Source: Abditibacteriaceae bacterium (GTDB lineage: Bacteria > Armatimonadota > Abditibacteriia > Abditibacteriales > Abditibacteriaceae). From it: a DNA stretch of 64,000 bases. Below the pieces are notes generated by a model. The model was not told the origin of the DNA. It ran no database searches and worked only from the letters and a program-made list of their open reading frames with translations. Position numbers and translations under genes: made by a program. Positions 27,326-36,251 of the stretch are shown in pieces. How positions within the stretch are numbered: position 1 is the stretch's first letter; each line of letters begins with the position of its first letter. Where the stretch lies: the NCBI GenBank assembly GCA_031425655.1, contig JANPJS010000193.1, forward strand, positions 1-64,000, read 5' to 3'.

Positions 27326-28267
27326 ATGGCAATGATTGAAATTCATAATTTGAGCAAGCGATACCGTGAGCTAACGGCTGTCAAGGATTTGAATCTATCT
27401 ATTGAAAAGGGCGATGTTTTCGGCTTTATTGGGCCAAACGGCGCAGGAAAAACGACGACGATTAAGGTTTTGGCTACGCTGCTGGAACCGACTACGGGAC
27501 AAGCTTTCGTGGATGGGATTGACGTTGTGCGGAATCCTCTGGAAGTGCGGAGGGTCATCGGCTATATGCCAGACTTTTTCGGTGTCTACGATGACGTCAA
27601 AGTCTGGGAATACCTCGATTTCTTTGCTGCCGCCTATAAAATTCCCGCTAACAAACGTAAAAGTATTATTGATGACGTGCTGGAACTCACAGATTTAACC
27701 GGAAAACGTGAAGCTTATGTAGAAAGCTTGTCGCGCGGCATGAAGCAAAGATTATGTTTGGCCAAGACTTTAGTCCACGACCCTAAAGTTCTGCTATTAG
27801 ATGAACCGGCCAGTGGTTTAGACCCCCGCGCCCGAATCGAATTTCGGGCATTGCTCAAGGAACTTCAGGCAATGGGCAAAACTATTTTCGTCTCGTCCCA
27901 CATTCTGCCTGAGTTGGCCGATTTTTGTAACGTCGTAGGCATCATGGAACGCGGTCAACTCATCGTAGCCGGCGACGTGAACGATATCGTGAGAAAACTC
28001 GAAGGCGGAATGTTACTGGATGTGCGCCTAACCGGTGACGACACTAACGGCGAAAAAGCTGTCCGAATTCTCGAAGACTTTCCCTTGGTCCGTGAAGCAC
28101 ACGCAGAAGGAAATCATCTGACGATTGGATTTACCGGACACCATGAGGATTTGCCGCACCTGCTATCGCATCTCATTTCAAATGGTCTGCCAGTAGCCAC
28201 ATTCTCTCCGCGTGCCGCCGATTTAGAAGATGTATTCATGAAAGTGACAAAAGGAATCGTGCAGTAA
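27326..28267 (+). CDS. ABC transporter ATP-binding protein (no permease adjacent)
   Basis: GPNGAGKTT, LSRGMKQR, LLLDEP. Confidence 0.92.
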   Translation: MAMIEIHNLSKRYRELTAVKDLNLSIEKGDVFGFIGPNGAGKTTTIKVLATLLEPTTGQAFVDGIDVVRNPLEVRRVIGYMPDFFGVYDDVKVWEYLDFFAAAYKIPANKRKSIIDDVLELTDLTGKREAYVESLSRGMKQRLCLAKTLVHDPKVLLLDEPASGLDPRARIEFRALLKELQAMGKTIFVSSHILPELADFCNVVGIMERGQLIVAGDVNDIVRKLEGGMLLDVRLTGDDTNGEKAVRILEDFPLVREAHAEGNHLTIGFTGHHEDLPHLLSHLISNGLPVATFSPRAADLEDVFMKVTKGIVQ

Positions 28268-28515
28268 ATCTTATCTCAAATACACAGTAGAGAAGTTGTG
28301 TAAAGTTGGAAGAATTCGAGAGCAAAGTAGGAATGGTTGCTACGCGCAAGAATACAGGTGCAAATTTTAATAATAACAATAGGATAAGTAAATTGAATTT
28401 TTTATTTCATAAAATGAAATTTTTCAATAATACAGAAAATAATTATTTACTGTTGTAATTTTTTCAGGCAAATTAAGTTTTTCACGTAAACTGTGGCATT
28501 AAAGCGGAGTTTTTA

Positions 28516-30189
28516 ATGAGTAACGGCATAATTTTCGTAGTCAATTCGGAAGCTCCCGAAGTTCGTGTTGCTGAGATACGAAACAATCGCCTTTTTGATA
28601 TTGATATAGAGCGTGGCAATCAGGGCTTGGGAAGCATCTACCGTGGCGTCATTTCTAACGTGGTTCCTGGGATGGAAGCTTTTTTCATTGACATCGGGCA
28701 TTCAAAGAAGGGGCTGCTGCACTTCAAAGACTGTATTGAAAGCAAGGAAGAATCTGGTGATTTAAGACTTTTAAATCTGCGCGTTGGCCAATCGCTATTG
28801 GTGCAGGTATCGAAACCGGCGGTCGCTAAAAAAGGGCCACGCTTAACCCAAAGGTTGTCGCTTCCCGGACGTTATCTGGTCCTTATTTCTCCGTGGGACG
28901 CAGTGGGCGTTTCGAGACGGATTGAATCTGAAGTTGAGCGAACAAGACTGAAAAATCTTGGCGAAACTTTTCGTCCGTTGGATTACGGCCTGATCGTGCG
29001 CACGGAAGCCGAAGGCGTCACAGAAGAACTAATTCGCAAAGACGTAGAAGAATTACTTTCCCAAATTGAAGTCATTCAACAGCGCTTTCACGCGGGTTTA
29101 ACCCCGGAGTTGCTTCATCAGGACTTAGGCTTATTGGGAAGGGTCATGCGCGACCGATTCAATGAGGATGTGGATCAAGTCGTGATTGACTCCAAACAGC
29201 AATACGATTTCTGCCGCACTCTGGTAGCGTCGCTATCACCCCATTTAGTGGATCGCATTCAGTATTACGGCAATGAAAAACGGAAGCCGCTCTTTGATTT
29301 CTTCGGCGTAGAACACGTCTTAACGCAGTCACAGCAAAAAGCGGTTTCGCTACCACATGGCGGTTCTATCGTGATCGAAGAGACTGAGGCGCTCACTGCC
29401 ATTGATGTCAATACCGGAAAATTCGTGGGACGCACACGACTCGCCGATACCGTTCTTCAAACTAACTTGGAAGCCGTGGAAGAGGTCGCTCTTCATTTGC
29501 GCTTGCGTGGGATCGGAGGAATTATCGTCGTTGATTTTATAGATATGGAGCGCACTCGTGATCGTATTCGAGTTATGGATGCTTTGGAAGCCGCGCTGAA
29601 GTTGGACCATGTAAAAACGCACATCGTCCAACTTTCACCATCGGGTCTGGTAGAAATTACAAGGCAACGCGAAGGGCTGTCACTGAGGCAGCTTATGAAC
29701 AGTCCTTGCCCTAAATGTCACGGAGAAGGCGTCTTGAAAACGCCGGAAACTGCCGCAATTCAGGCTCGTCGCCAATTGCGGCAATTAGCATTAGAACATC
29801 CAGGCCGCTTCTTCAAAGTTCGCCTAAATCCTGCGACCGCATTCCATTTTGTTGGCAGCTCGGCACAACAAATAATGCAGTTTGAGGACGCGATAAAAAC
29901 TCAAATCACAGTGAGGGTGGACTCGCAAATGAATTTTGAATCCACTCAAATAGAGATTTTAAACTCGGCCTGGGAACCTGAACGCAGCTTAGCCAGATTT
30001 ACGCTGGGAATGCATGACCAGCTCTTTCCACCAATTGCTCCGGAATTCGCGGTTTGGAACGATCTTTTAGTTTTACTTCCGGTTGAAATATCTGGCGATG
30101 AGCAACAATCGCAACTTCAGCAGGTCGTGGTGCTTGAAATCCGGTCAATTGAACGCTGGTATGCGACTTCTGCGTTATTGCGACCCTGA
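28516..30189 (+). CDS. rng: Rne/Rng family ribonuclease (RNase G-like)
   Basis: S1 domain, TEALTAIDVNTGKFVG, GGIIVVDFIDM, CPKCHGEG. Confidence 0.88.
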   Translation: MSNGIIFVVNSEAPEVRVAEIRNNRLFDIDIERGNQGLGSIYRGVISNVVPGMEAFFIDIGHSKKGLLHFKDCIESKEESGDLRLLNLRVGQSLLVQVSKPAVAKKGPRLTQRLSLPGRYLVLISPWDAVGVSRRIESEVERTRLKNLGETFRPLDYGLIVRTEAEGVTEELIRKDVEELLSQIEVIQQRFHAGLTPELLHQDLGLLGRVMRDRFNEDVDQVVIDSKQQYDFCRTLVASLSPHLVDRIQYYGNEKRKPLFDFFGVEHVLTQSQQKAVSLPHGGSIVIEETEALTAIDVNTGKFVGRTRLADTVLQTNLEAVEEVALHLRLRGIGGIIVVDFIDMERTRDRIRVMDALEAALKLDHVKTHIVQLSPSGLVEITRQREGLSLRQLMNSPCPKCHGEGVLKTPETAAIQARRQLRQLALEHPGRFFKVRLNPATAFHFVGSSAQQIMQFEDAIKTQITVRVDSQMNFESTQIEILNSAWEPERSLARFTLGMHDQLFPPIAPEFAVWNDLLVLLPVEISGDEQQSQLQQVVVLEIRSIERWYATSALLRP

Positions 30190-30208
30190 TGAGCCAACGA
30201 CCAAAGGT

Positions 30209-31216
30209 TTACGAATTCGCCGAAACATTAATAAAGTTTGAAGGGTTGTTTTTGGCTCTCTCCACAGCTTTGACGTAAAGGCTCGTCGTTTCGATTTTGC
30301 TATGCCCCATAGCATCCCGCACATGTTCGAGCTTGGCGCCGCCGGCTACAGCTAAAGTGCCGAACGTATGGCGCAAAGCATGGCATGAAACCCCCGAACG
30401 CTTCAAAGCAGCGCGACTCAGGTATTTGTCCACGATTTCATTAATGGCCTGACGGCTGATGCGTCCGCCGCGCCCGTGATTTCCGTGTCCCACAAAAATC
30501 GCGCTTTTGATAGGATACCCCGCGTTGAATTTACCGTGCGCATAAGTTTGGAGGCACTCGTAAGTGTCTTCGCGCAAGTAAACACGTCGCTGCTTATCAC
30601 CCTTCCCGATTACGATTAAATAAGCCAGTTCGCCTTCGAGCTGAATGCTTTCGTGATTCAAGCGATGCACTTCGATGCGGCGCAGGCCATGTATGGACAT
30701 CAAGGCAATCAACGCGCGATCTCTCGCACCGGCCAATGTATCGGTTGGAATTTGAGCCAGCAGTGTCGCCAAAGCTTGCTCCGCCAGAAAATGGATCTTT
30801 TCTTCCGGCGCCGTCAAATCCTTGCCGCCTTTCACTCCATCGGCGGGATTGTATTCAATGAGAGCGTATTTCTGTGCGGCGGCATAAAAGCGCCGGATAA
30901 TCGAAAGCTTATGCTTGCGGGTCGCCACGGCCATTCCCAAAGCCTTCAACGCCTGCCGATAGGCCTCGACATCGCCGCGCCGCGCGCGAGCGGGATCAAT
31001 CGAGAATTCGTGGCACCAGCGAACCCAAGCCGCGACTTCGCGCCGGTAACCTGCGACGGTATCGGCTGAAGCATCGCCATTAGCGACATCAATTTGCAGA
31101 AATGCCTCAAACGCATCCAAAATCGCTGTGTCAAGGCCAAAAACCTTGTCATCTAAGACGATTTCTCCATCTAAAATGGTGGGTTCATTTTGAGGTGTTG
31201 GGTTTGCGGTTGCCAT
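30209..31216 (-). CDS. Tyrosine recombinase (Xer/resolvase-like, not IntI)
   Basis: HGLRR, GKGDKQR, HALRH, MGHSKIETTSLY catalytic residues; no evident IntI-specific insertion. Confidence 0.92.
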   Translation of the reverse strand: MATANPTPQNEPTILDGEIVLDDKVFGLDTAILDAFEAFLQIDVANGDASADTVAGYRREVAAWVRWCHEFSIDPARARRGDVEAYRQALKALGMAVATRKHKLSIIRRFYAAAQKYALIEYNPADGVKGGKDLTAPEEKIHFLAEQALATLLAQIPTDTLAGARDRALIALMSIHGLRRIEVHRLNHESIQLEGELAYLIVIGKGDKQRRVYLREDTYECLQTYAHGKFNAGYPIKSAIFVGHGNHGRGGRISRQAINEIVDKYLSRAALKRSGVSCHALRHTFGTLAVAGGAKLEHVRDAMGHSKIETTSLYVKAVERAKNNPSNFINVSANS

Positions 31217-31229
31217 TACCTTGCTCCTG

Positions 31230-31262
31230 AAATTGATAGTTTTTAATCAATTGTGACACGTT
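31230..31262 (+). repeat. Dispersed 33-bp site, copy 3, just upstream of the recombinase RBS
   Basis: AAATTGATAGTT tttaatca ATTGTGACACGTT. Confidence 0.75.
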
Positions 31263-31305
31263 GATTATAACTGAAACGTCGGCTTTTTGTCCAACGAATT
31301 TGGGG

Positions 31306-32193
31306 TCACGTTTCGTTATAGCCCAAGCGCTTGATCCACATTTCGTCGTCGCGCCATTTGTCGCGCACTTTGACACGCAAATCGAGAAATACCGCGCGGC
31401 CCGTCAGCTTTTGAATTTCCTCGCGGGCCGCTTTGCCGATTTCGCGAATGCGTTGCCCGGCTTCGCCAATAACGATGCGTTTCTGGCTTTCACGCTCAAT
31501 GAAGAGGAAAGCCGCGATGTATAAAACACCGTTCGGACGCGGCTCCATAGTTTCAACGCTCACAGCAATGGAATGCGGAATCTCTTGCAGCAATTGGTGC
31601 AGAGCGGCTTCCCGAATCAGTTCTTCGATATGGAATTCTATCGAGCGGTCTCCGGTCATGTCCGGCGGAAAATAGGGGTCGCCGTCGGGCAAGCGCCGCC
31701 TAATTTCCGATTTCAAGGCATCTAATCCGGTGCCTTTTAGCGCCGAAATCTCGACGATGCTACCCCAATCACGCAAACCTGTAAATTCGGCGCGATTAGT
31801 GGCGTAGCGCGCATCATGTTTCGAGGCATCGCACTTGTTAAGCGCCAGCAAAACCGGCGCTTTGACATTATGCAGTGCTGCGGCAGCGCGTTTGTCGTCG
31901 TCGTGCGGTTTATCGGTCGTGTCGGCGACGAAAACCACGCATTCGATGTCCTGCAAAGCGCCTTTTGCGTTTCTGACTAAGGCTTCGCCGAGCTTATGCT
32001 GCGGATCGTGGATGCCCGGCGTGTCGAGAAAAACGATTTGAAAGTCTTCGCCGTGTAAAACACCCGCGATACGATGGCGCGTGGTTTGTGGGCGAGGCGA
32101 AACGATGACGTGCTTGCGTCCCAGCAGCGCATTGAGCAGCGTGCTTTTTCCGGCATTGGGACGACCCCACAGAACGCAAAATCCAGATTTCAT
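31306..32193 (-). CDS. era: GTPase Era
   Basis: GRPNAGKSTLLN, PQTTR, DTPG, NKCD, C-terminal KH domain. Confidence 0.96.
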   Translation of the reverse strand: MKSGFCVLWGRPNAGKSTLLNALLGRKHVIVSPRPQTTRHRIAGVLHGEDFQIVFLDTPGIHDPQHKLGEALVRNAKGALQDIECVVFVADTTDKPHDDDKRAAAALHNVKAPVLLALNKCDASKHDARYATNRAEFTGLRDWGSIVEISALKGTGLDALKSEIRRRLPDGDPYFPPDMTGDRSIEFHIEELIREAALHQLLQEIPHSIAVSVETMEPRPNGVLYIAAFLFIERESQKRIVIGEAGQRIREIGKAAREEIQKLTGRAVFLDLRVKVRDKWRDDEMWIKRLGYNET

Positions 32194-32201
32194 AAGATTA
32201 C

Positions 32202-32311
32202 TTTAACCGCAGAGGACGCGGAGAGCGCGGAGGAAAATGAGAAAAGTAGGGCCAAAGCACGCACAAAATTGAGTTTTATTCTCCGCGCTCTCCGCGTCCT
32301 CTGCGGTTAAA
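32202..32311. repeat. 31-bp perfect IR built from 9-mer repeats
   Basis: tttaaccgcagaggacgcggagagcgcggag (32202-32232) and its reverse complement at 32281-32311. Confidence 0.9.
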
Positions 32312-32312
32312 T

Positions 32313-33140
32313 TCAGGCTGAGAGACGGCGCTGCGACGGGTCGAGCGAAGGAATCGCGCTCAATAAACGTCGCGTGTATTCCTGTTGCGGTGCGTCGAAA
32401 ATCTGCTCAATCGCGCCGGTTTCGACGATGCGCCCTTTTTCCATGACGGAAATCGAATCGGCTAAATATTCAACGACGCCCAAGTTGTGCGTGATGAATA
32501 AATAGGTCAAACCGCGTTCGCGCTGCAAACCGCGCAGCAAGTTCAAAATCTGGCTTTGAATCGAAACATCTAAGGCGCTGGTCGGCTCATCAAGCACGAT
32601 AAACGATGGCTCGACCGACAAAGCGCGGGCAATAGCAACGCGCTGGCGCTGCCCGCCCGAAAATTCGTGTGGATAGCGGTCTATAGCGCTCGGTGACAAG
32701 CCGACTTGCGCCAACAAGGCGCGGGCGCGTTCGTCGCGTTCCTGCGCGTTTTTGCCCAGTCCGTGGATAATCATGCCCTCGGTCAAGGCTTCGCGCACGT
32801 TCATGCGCGCGTTTAGTGAAGCATACGGGTCTTGGAAAACCACCTGCATTTCACGCCGCAGAGCGCGCTTTTCGCGGCCCGAAAAAGCCGAAAAGGGCCT
32901 GCCGTCGAAGAGAATTTCGCCGCCGGTCGGCTCCAATAAACCCAAGAGCATCGCGCCGACAGTGCTTTTTCCCGACCCGCTTTCGCCAACCAAAGCTAAT
33001 GTCTTACCGCGCGCCACGTCGAACGAAACATCATCTACGGCTTTGTTCCAAAGGCGCGGTGCGAACAGGCCGCCGCGCAAAGGAAAATGCTTCGACAGGC
33101 CACGCACCGACAGCAAAACCTCGCTTTTTGCATCGCTCAT
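32313..33140 (-). CDS. oppF: Oligopeptide ABC transporter ATPase (OppF-like)
   Basis: GESGSGKS, YPHEFSGGQRQR. Confidence 0.88.
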   Translation of the reverse strand: MSDAKSEVLLSVRGLSKHFPLRGGLFAPRLWNKAVDDVSFDVARGKTLALVGESGSGKSTVGAMLLGLLEPTGGEILFDGRPFSAFSGREKRALRREMQVVFQDPYASLNARMNVREALTEGMIIHGLGKNAQERDERARALLAQVGLSPSAIDRYPHEFSGGQRQRVAIARALSVEPSFIVLDEPTSALDVSIQSQILNLLRGLQRERGLTYLFITHNLGVVEYLADSISVMEKGRIVETGAIEQIFDAPQQEYTRRLLSAIPSLDPSQRRLSA

Positions 33141-34150
33141 TGCGCGGCCTCCACAGGAATGTTTGCGCTTGCGGGTTTGGGAATTTCCGGGTCGAAAAGA
33201 TGGCAGCGCACAGGGCGGTCAGTGCCCGCCGGGTGATATTTTGGCGCGATGCGGGCACATTCATCCCAGCGAAAAGGGCAACGCGGCTCGAAGCGGCAGG
33301 CAGGCGGCCACTGAGTCGCATCAGGCACGATGCCTTCCAATGTCGCCAAATCTTGCCCGCGCCGGTTGCGCGCCGGGAGGCTGGCGAATAATCCGCGCGT
33401 GTAAGGATGGCGCGGCTCACGGAATAATTCTTCGACGGGGGAAACCTCGACGAATTGCCCGGCATACATCACAGCCGCGCGGTCGGCGACTTCAGCCACG
33501 ATGCCCAGATCGTGTGTAATCAGCAAGACCGCCATGCCGGTTTCTTTTTGCAACTGGTTCAGCAATCGCAGAATCTGCGCTTGAACCGTCACGTCTAAAG
33601 CCGTCGTCGGCTCGTCGGCGATGAGCAGTTTCGGCTCGTTGACAAGCGACATGGCGATCATCACGCGCTGGCGCATTCCACCAGAAAGCTCATGCGGATA
33701 TTGACGCAAAAGCTGCGCGGTCAGCCCGACGCGTTCCAGAGCTTCGCCCGCGCGTTTATGGGCCGCATTTCCTTCAGCGGTGCCGTGAATTTCCATCGCT
33801 TCGATGAGTTGGTTGCCGATGGTGAACACCGGGTTCAGGCTGGTCATTGGCTCCTGAAAAATCATGCCGATGTCTTTGCCGCGAATCTGGCGCATATCAT
33901 CCCACGTTTGCTCCAATAAATCGCGGCCTTCAAACAAAACGCGGCCTCCGGCGATGTAACCGGCGGGTTCGGGCACCAGTTGCAGCAACGAGAGCGCCGT
34001 CATGCTTTTGCCGCAGCCGCTTTCGCCGACGATGGCTAAAGTTTCGCCACGATCTAAGGTGAAACCGACACCATCCACAGCCCGCGCCGTGCCGCGCTGC
34101 GTGTCGAAATAAGTTTTCAGGTTTTCAACCTGTAGAAGCGGTTCTGACAT
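33137..34150 (-). CDS. oppD: Oligopeptide ABC transporter ATPase (OppD-like)
   Basis: [31 protein letters not shown]. Confidence 0.88.
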   Translation of the reverse strand: MSEPLLQVENLKTYFDTQRGTARAVDGVGFTLDRGETLAIVGESGCGKSMTALSLLQLVPEPAGYIAGGRVLFEGRDLLEQTWDDMRQIRGKDIGMIFQEPMTSLNPVFTIGNQLIEAMEIHGTAEGNAAHKRAGEALERVGLTAQLLRQYPHELSGGMRQRVMIAMSLVNEPKLLIADEPTTALDVTVQAQILRLLNQLQKETGMAVLLITHDLGIVAEVADRAAVMYAGQFVEVSPVEELFREPRHPYTRGLFASLPARNRRGQDLATLEGIVPDATQWPPACRFEPRCPFRWDECARIAPKYHPAGTDRPVRCHLFDPEIPKPASANIPVEAAQ

Positions 34151-34167
34151 AAAAATTCAGTTCATCA

Positions 34168-34285
34168 AACACAAAGAACACAAAGGACGGCGCACAAAGA
34201 ACACAAAACATCGAAATTGGACGACCAGACCTCTTAAAATCATCCTTTGTGCCCTTTGTGCGCCGTCCTTTGTGTTCTTTGTGTT
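34168..34285. repeat. 40-bp IR built from cacaaagaa-type 9-mers
   Basis: 34168-34207 versus 34246-34285, 38/40 complementary. Confidence 0.9.
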
Positions 34286-34290
34286 GGAAT

Positions 34291-35289
34291 TCACGAGCGC
34301 AAACGCGGATCAATGGCATCGCGCAGGGCGTCGCCGAAAATGTTGAAAGCTAAAACTAAAACGAACATCGCACTCGAAGCCGCAGCCAGATTCCACCAGA
34401 TGACCGGCTCGCGCGCTAATTCCAAACGCGCGCCATCAATCATGTTGCCCCAGCTTCCCACGCCTTCGCCGACGCCCAACTGCAAATACGATAAAACTGC
34501 TTCGGCCATCACCAGACCGCTGAAGCCGAGCGTGGTCGAAATAATCACAATCGGTAGCAAATTGGGCAGAATGTGGCGAAACATGATGCGTGCGTGCGAA
34601 GCGCCCAAAGCGCGGGCCGACCGCACATATTCGCGGTCGCGGTGCTTGAGCGTTTCGGCGCGTGTCAGGCGGCACAACCCTACCCAACTCGTCACGCCCA
34701 ATGCCACGCATAATTGCCACAAACCTTGCCCCAGCACCAGCAAAATCGAAATCAACAGCAGAATTTCGGGAATCGAATTGAGCGTGGTGTAAAAATACTG
34801 CACCGCGTCATCCACGCGCTTGCCGAAATAGCCGGCTAACATTCCAAACAGCAGCGCCAGCGGCGTCGAAATCAAGAGCGTCATGCCGCCGATAATCATC
34901 GCCGTGCGGCAGCCTTTCAAGGTGCGATACAAAACGTCGTTGCCGATGGCGTCGGTGCCGAAAAGGTGGCGTTTCTCTAAAGCACGGGGCTTGGGTTCTC
35001 CGGCTGTGGTTTTGGCTAAAGGCGCCGAGTAATAACGCTCTTGAGGCTGCTCGAAAACGCGGTCAATGACGGTTTTGCGTTCGCCGCTTTTGTCGGGCCA
35101 GCCGACGGAATCCAAAAACGCCACGCCGCCGTAAAGCGCGATGACAAACAGCGCCGCCATCGCCGCGCGATGGCGCCTCAAGCGCCGATACGCTTCGGCC
35201 CACAAGGGCGCTTGCCCGGCTTTCCAAAACGCGAAAAGCATGAGGGCTAAAATCAGGCAAGGCCACAAATTAGAAATCCAGTTAAGCAT
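34291..35289 (-). CDS. oppC: Oligopeptide ABC permease (OppC-like)
   Basis: HLFGTDAIGNDV, EYVRSARALGAS..RIMFRHILPN. Confidence 0.88.
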   Translation of the reverse strand: MLNWISNLWPCLILALMLFAFWKAGQAPLWAEAYRRLRRHRAAMAALFVIALYGGVAFLDSVGWPDKSGERKTVIDRVFEQPQERYYSAPLAKTTAGEPKPRALEKRHLFGTDAIGNDVLYRTLKGCRTAMIIGGMTLLISTPLALLFGMLAGYFGKRVDDAVQYFYTTLNSIPEILLLISILLVLGQGLWQLCVALGVTSWVGLCRLTRAETLKHRDREYVRSARALGASHARIMFRHILPNLLPIVIISTTLGFSGLVMAEAVLSYLQLGVGEGVGSWGNMIDGARLELAREPVIWWNLAAASSAMFVLVLAFNIFGDALRDAIDPRLRS

Positions 35290-35309
35290 GAGAAATCGGA
35301 GCCTGAGCT

Positions 35310-36251
35310 TTATTCGAGTCGCACGCGCGGATCGAAGAGCGCGTAAGAAATATCCGTGAGAATCAGGCCGATGATGTAAAGAATCGTCCCCAAAAACACC
35401 AGAGCGCGCACGACGGCGAAATCCTGACTTTGAATGGCATCGAACAAAATGCTGCCCATGCCGGGAATATTGAAAAACGATTCCAGAAGCAAACTGCCCA
35501 AAACCAGCGACGGAATCGCCGTCACGGTCGAAGTCAGAATGGGAATCGAAGAATTTTTCAAAACGTGGCGAAACAAAACGCGCTGTTCGCCGACGCCTTT
35601 GGCCCGCGCGGTTCGCACATAATCCTGATTGACTTCTTCCAAAATCACGGTTCGATAAAAGCGCACGCCGCCGCCAATGCCGGACACCACGCCGATAATA
35701 GCCGGCACTAAAATGAATTTCAGCGCCGATAGGCCGCTTTCATAGCCCGCCATCGGCGCGAGGCGCAGCAATTTCGAGAAAATCCACTGCCCGACTAAGA
35801 TATACACAATGATGTTGACGCTCATCAGCAACACCGTCAGAAAAGTCGCCCAATGATCGAGATATGTCCCGCGATAATAGGCGACATAAAGCGACAATGT
35901 CAGCGTCGTGAGCAGCCCGGCAAAGAATACGGTCGAACCCAAAAGCAGCGACGGCCCGGCACCGGCTTTGAGCTTGTCCCAAATCGGTTCGCCGCTGGCG
36001 TCGGAGTTGCCGAACTGCAAGAGAAAAAGCTCCTGAACGTGCTTTTTGAACTGCTCGGAGCGCGGCTTATCGTAGCCGTGTTCGACCAGCCAGCCTTTAA
36101 TTTGTTCGGACGACGGGTTTTTCGCCGATAAATTGCGCCGCGCCATTTGTTCGGGTGAAACCGTGCAATAAAACAAGAGAAACGTCAGCAGCGAGACGCC
36201 GATGAGAATCGGAATCGCATACAAAACGCGGCGAATCACATAACGCAGCAT
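35310..36251 (-). CDS. oppB: Oligopeptide ABC permease (OppB-like)
   Basis: MLRYVIRRVL, DYVRTARAKG, HVLKNS. Confidence 0.88.
   Translation of the reverse strand: MLRYVIRRVLYAIPILIGVSLLTFLLFYCTVSPEQMARRNLSAKNPSSEQIKGWLVEHGYDKPRSEQFKKHVQELFLLQFGNSDASGEPIWDKLKAGAGPSLLLGSTVFFAGLLTTLTLSLYVAYYRGTYLDHWATFLTVLLMSVNIIVYILVGQWIFSKLLRLAPMAGYESGLSALKFILVPAIIGVVSGIGGGVRFYRTVILEEVNQDYVRTARAKGVGEQRVLFRHVLKNSSIPILTSTVTAIPSLVLGSLLLESFFNIPGMGSILFDAIQSQDFAVVRALVFLGTILYIIGLILTDISYALFDPRVRLE

Noticed and set aside
30209..31216. Recombinase as the integron integrase IntI for the cassette array
   Set aside because: It is 20 kb from the array, has no adjacent attI core and shows no evident IntI-specific insertion between the catalytic patches
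15811..31262. A single 15-kb mobile element bounded by inverted copies 2 and 3, with the recombinase inside
   Set aside because: The cargo is ordinary chromosomal genes, the spacers differ and no target duplication is seen; unsupported without comparative data
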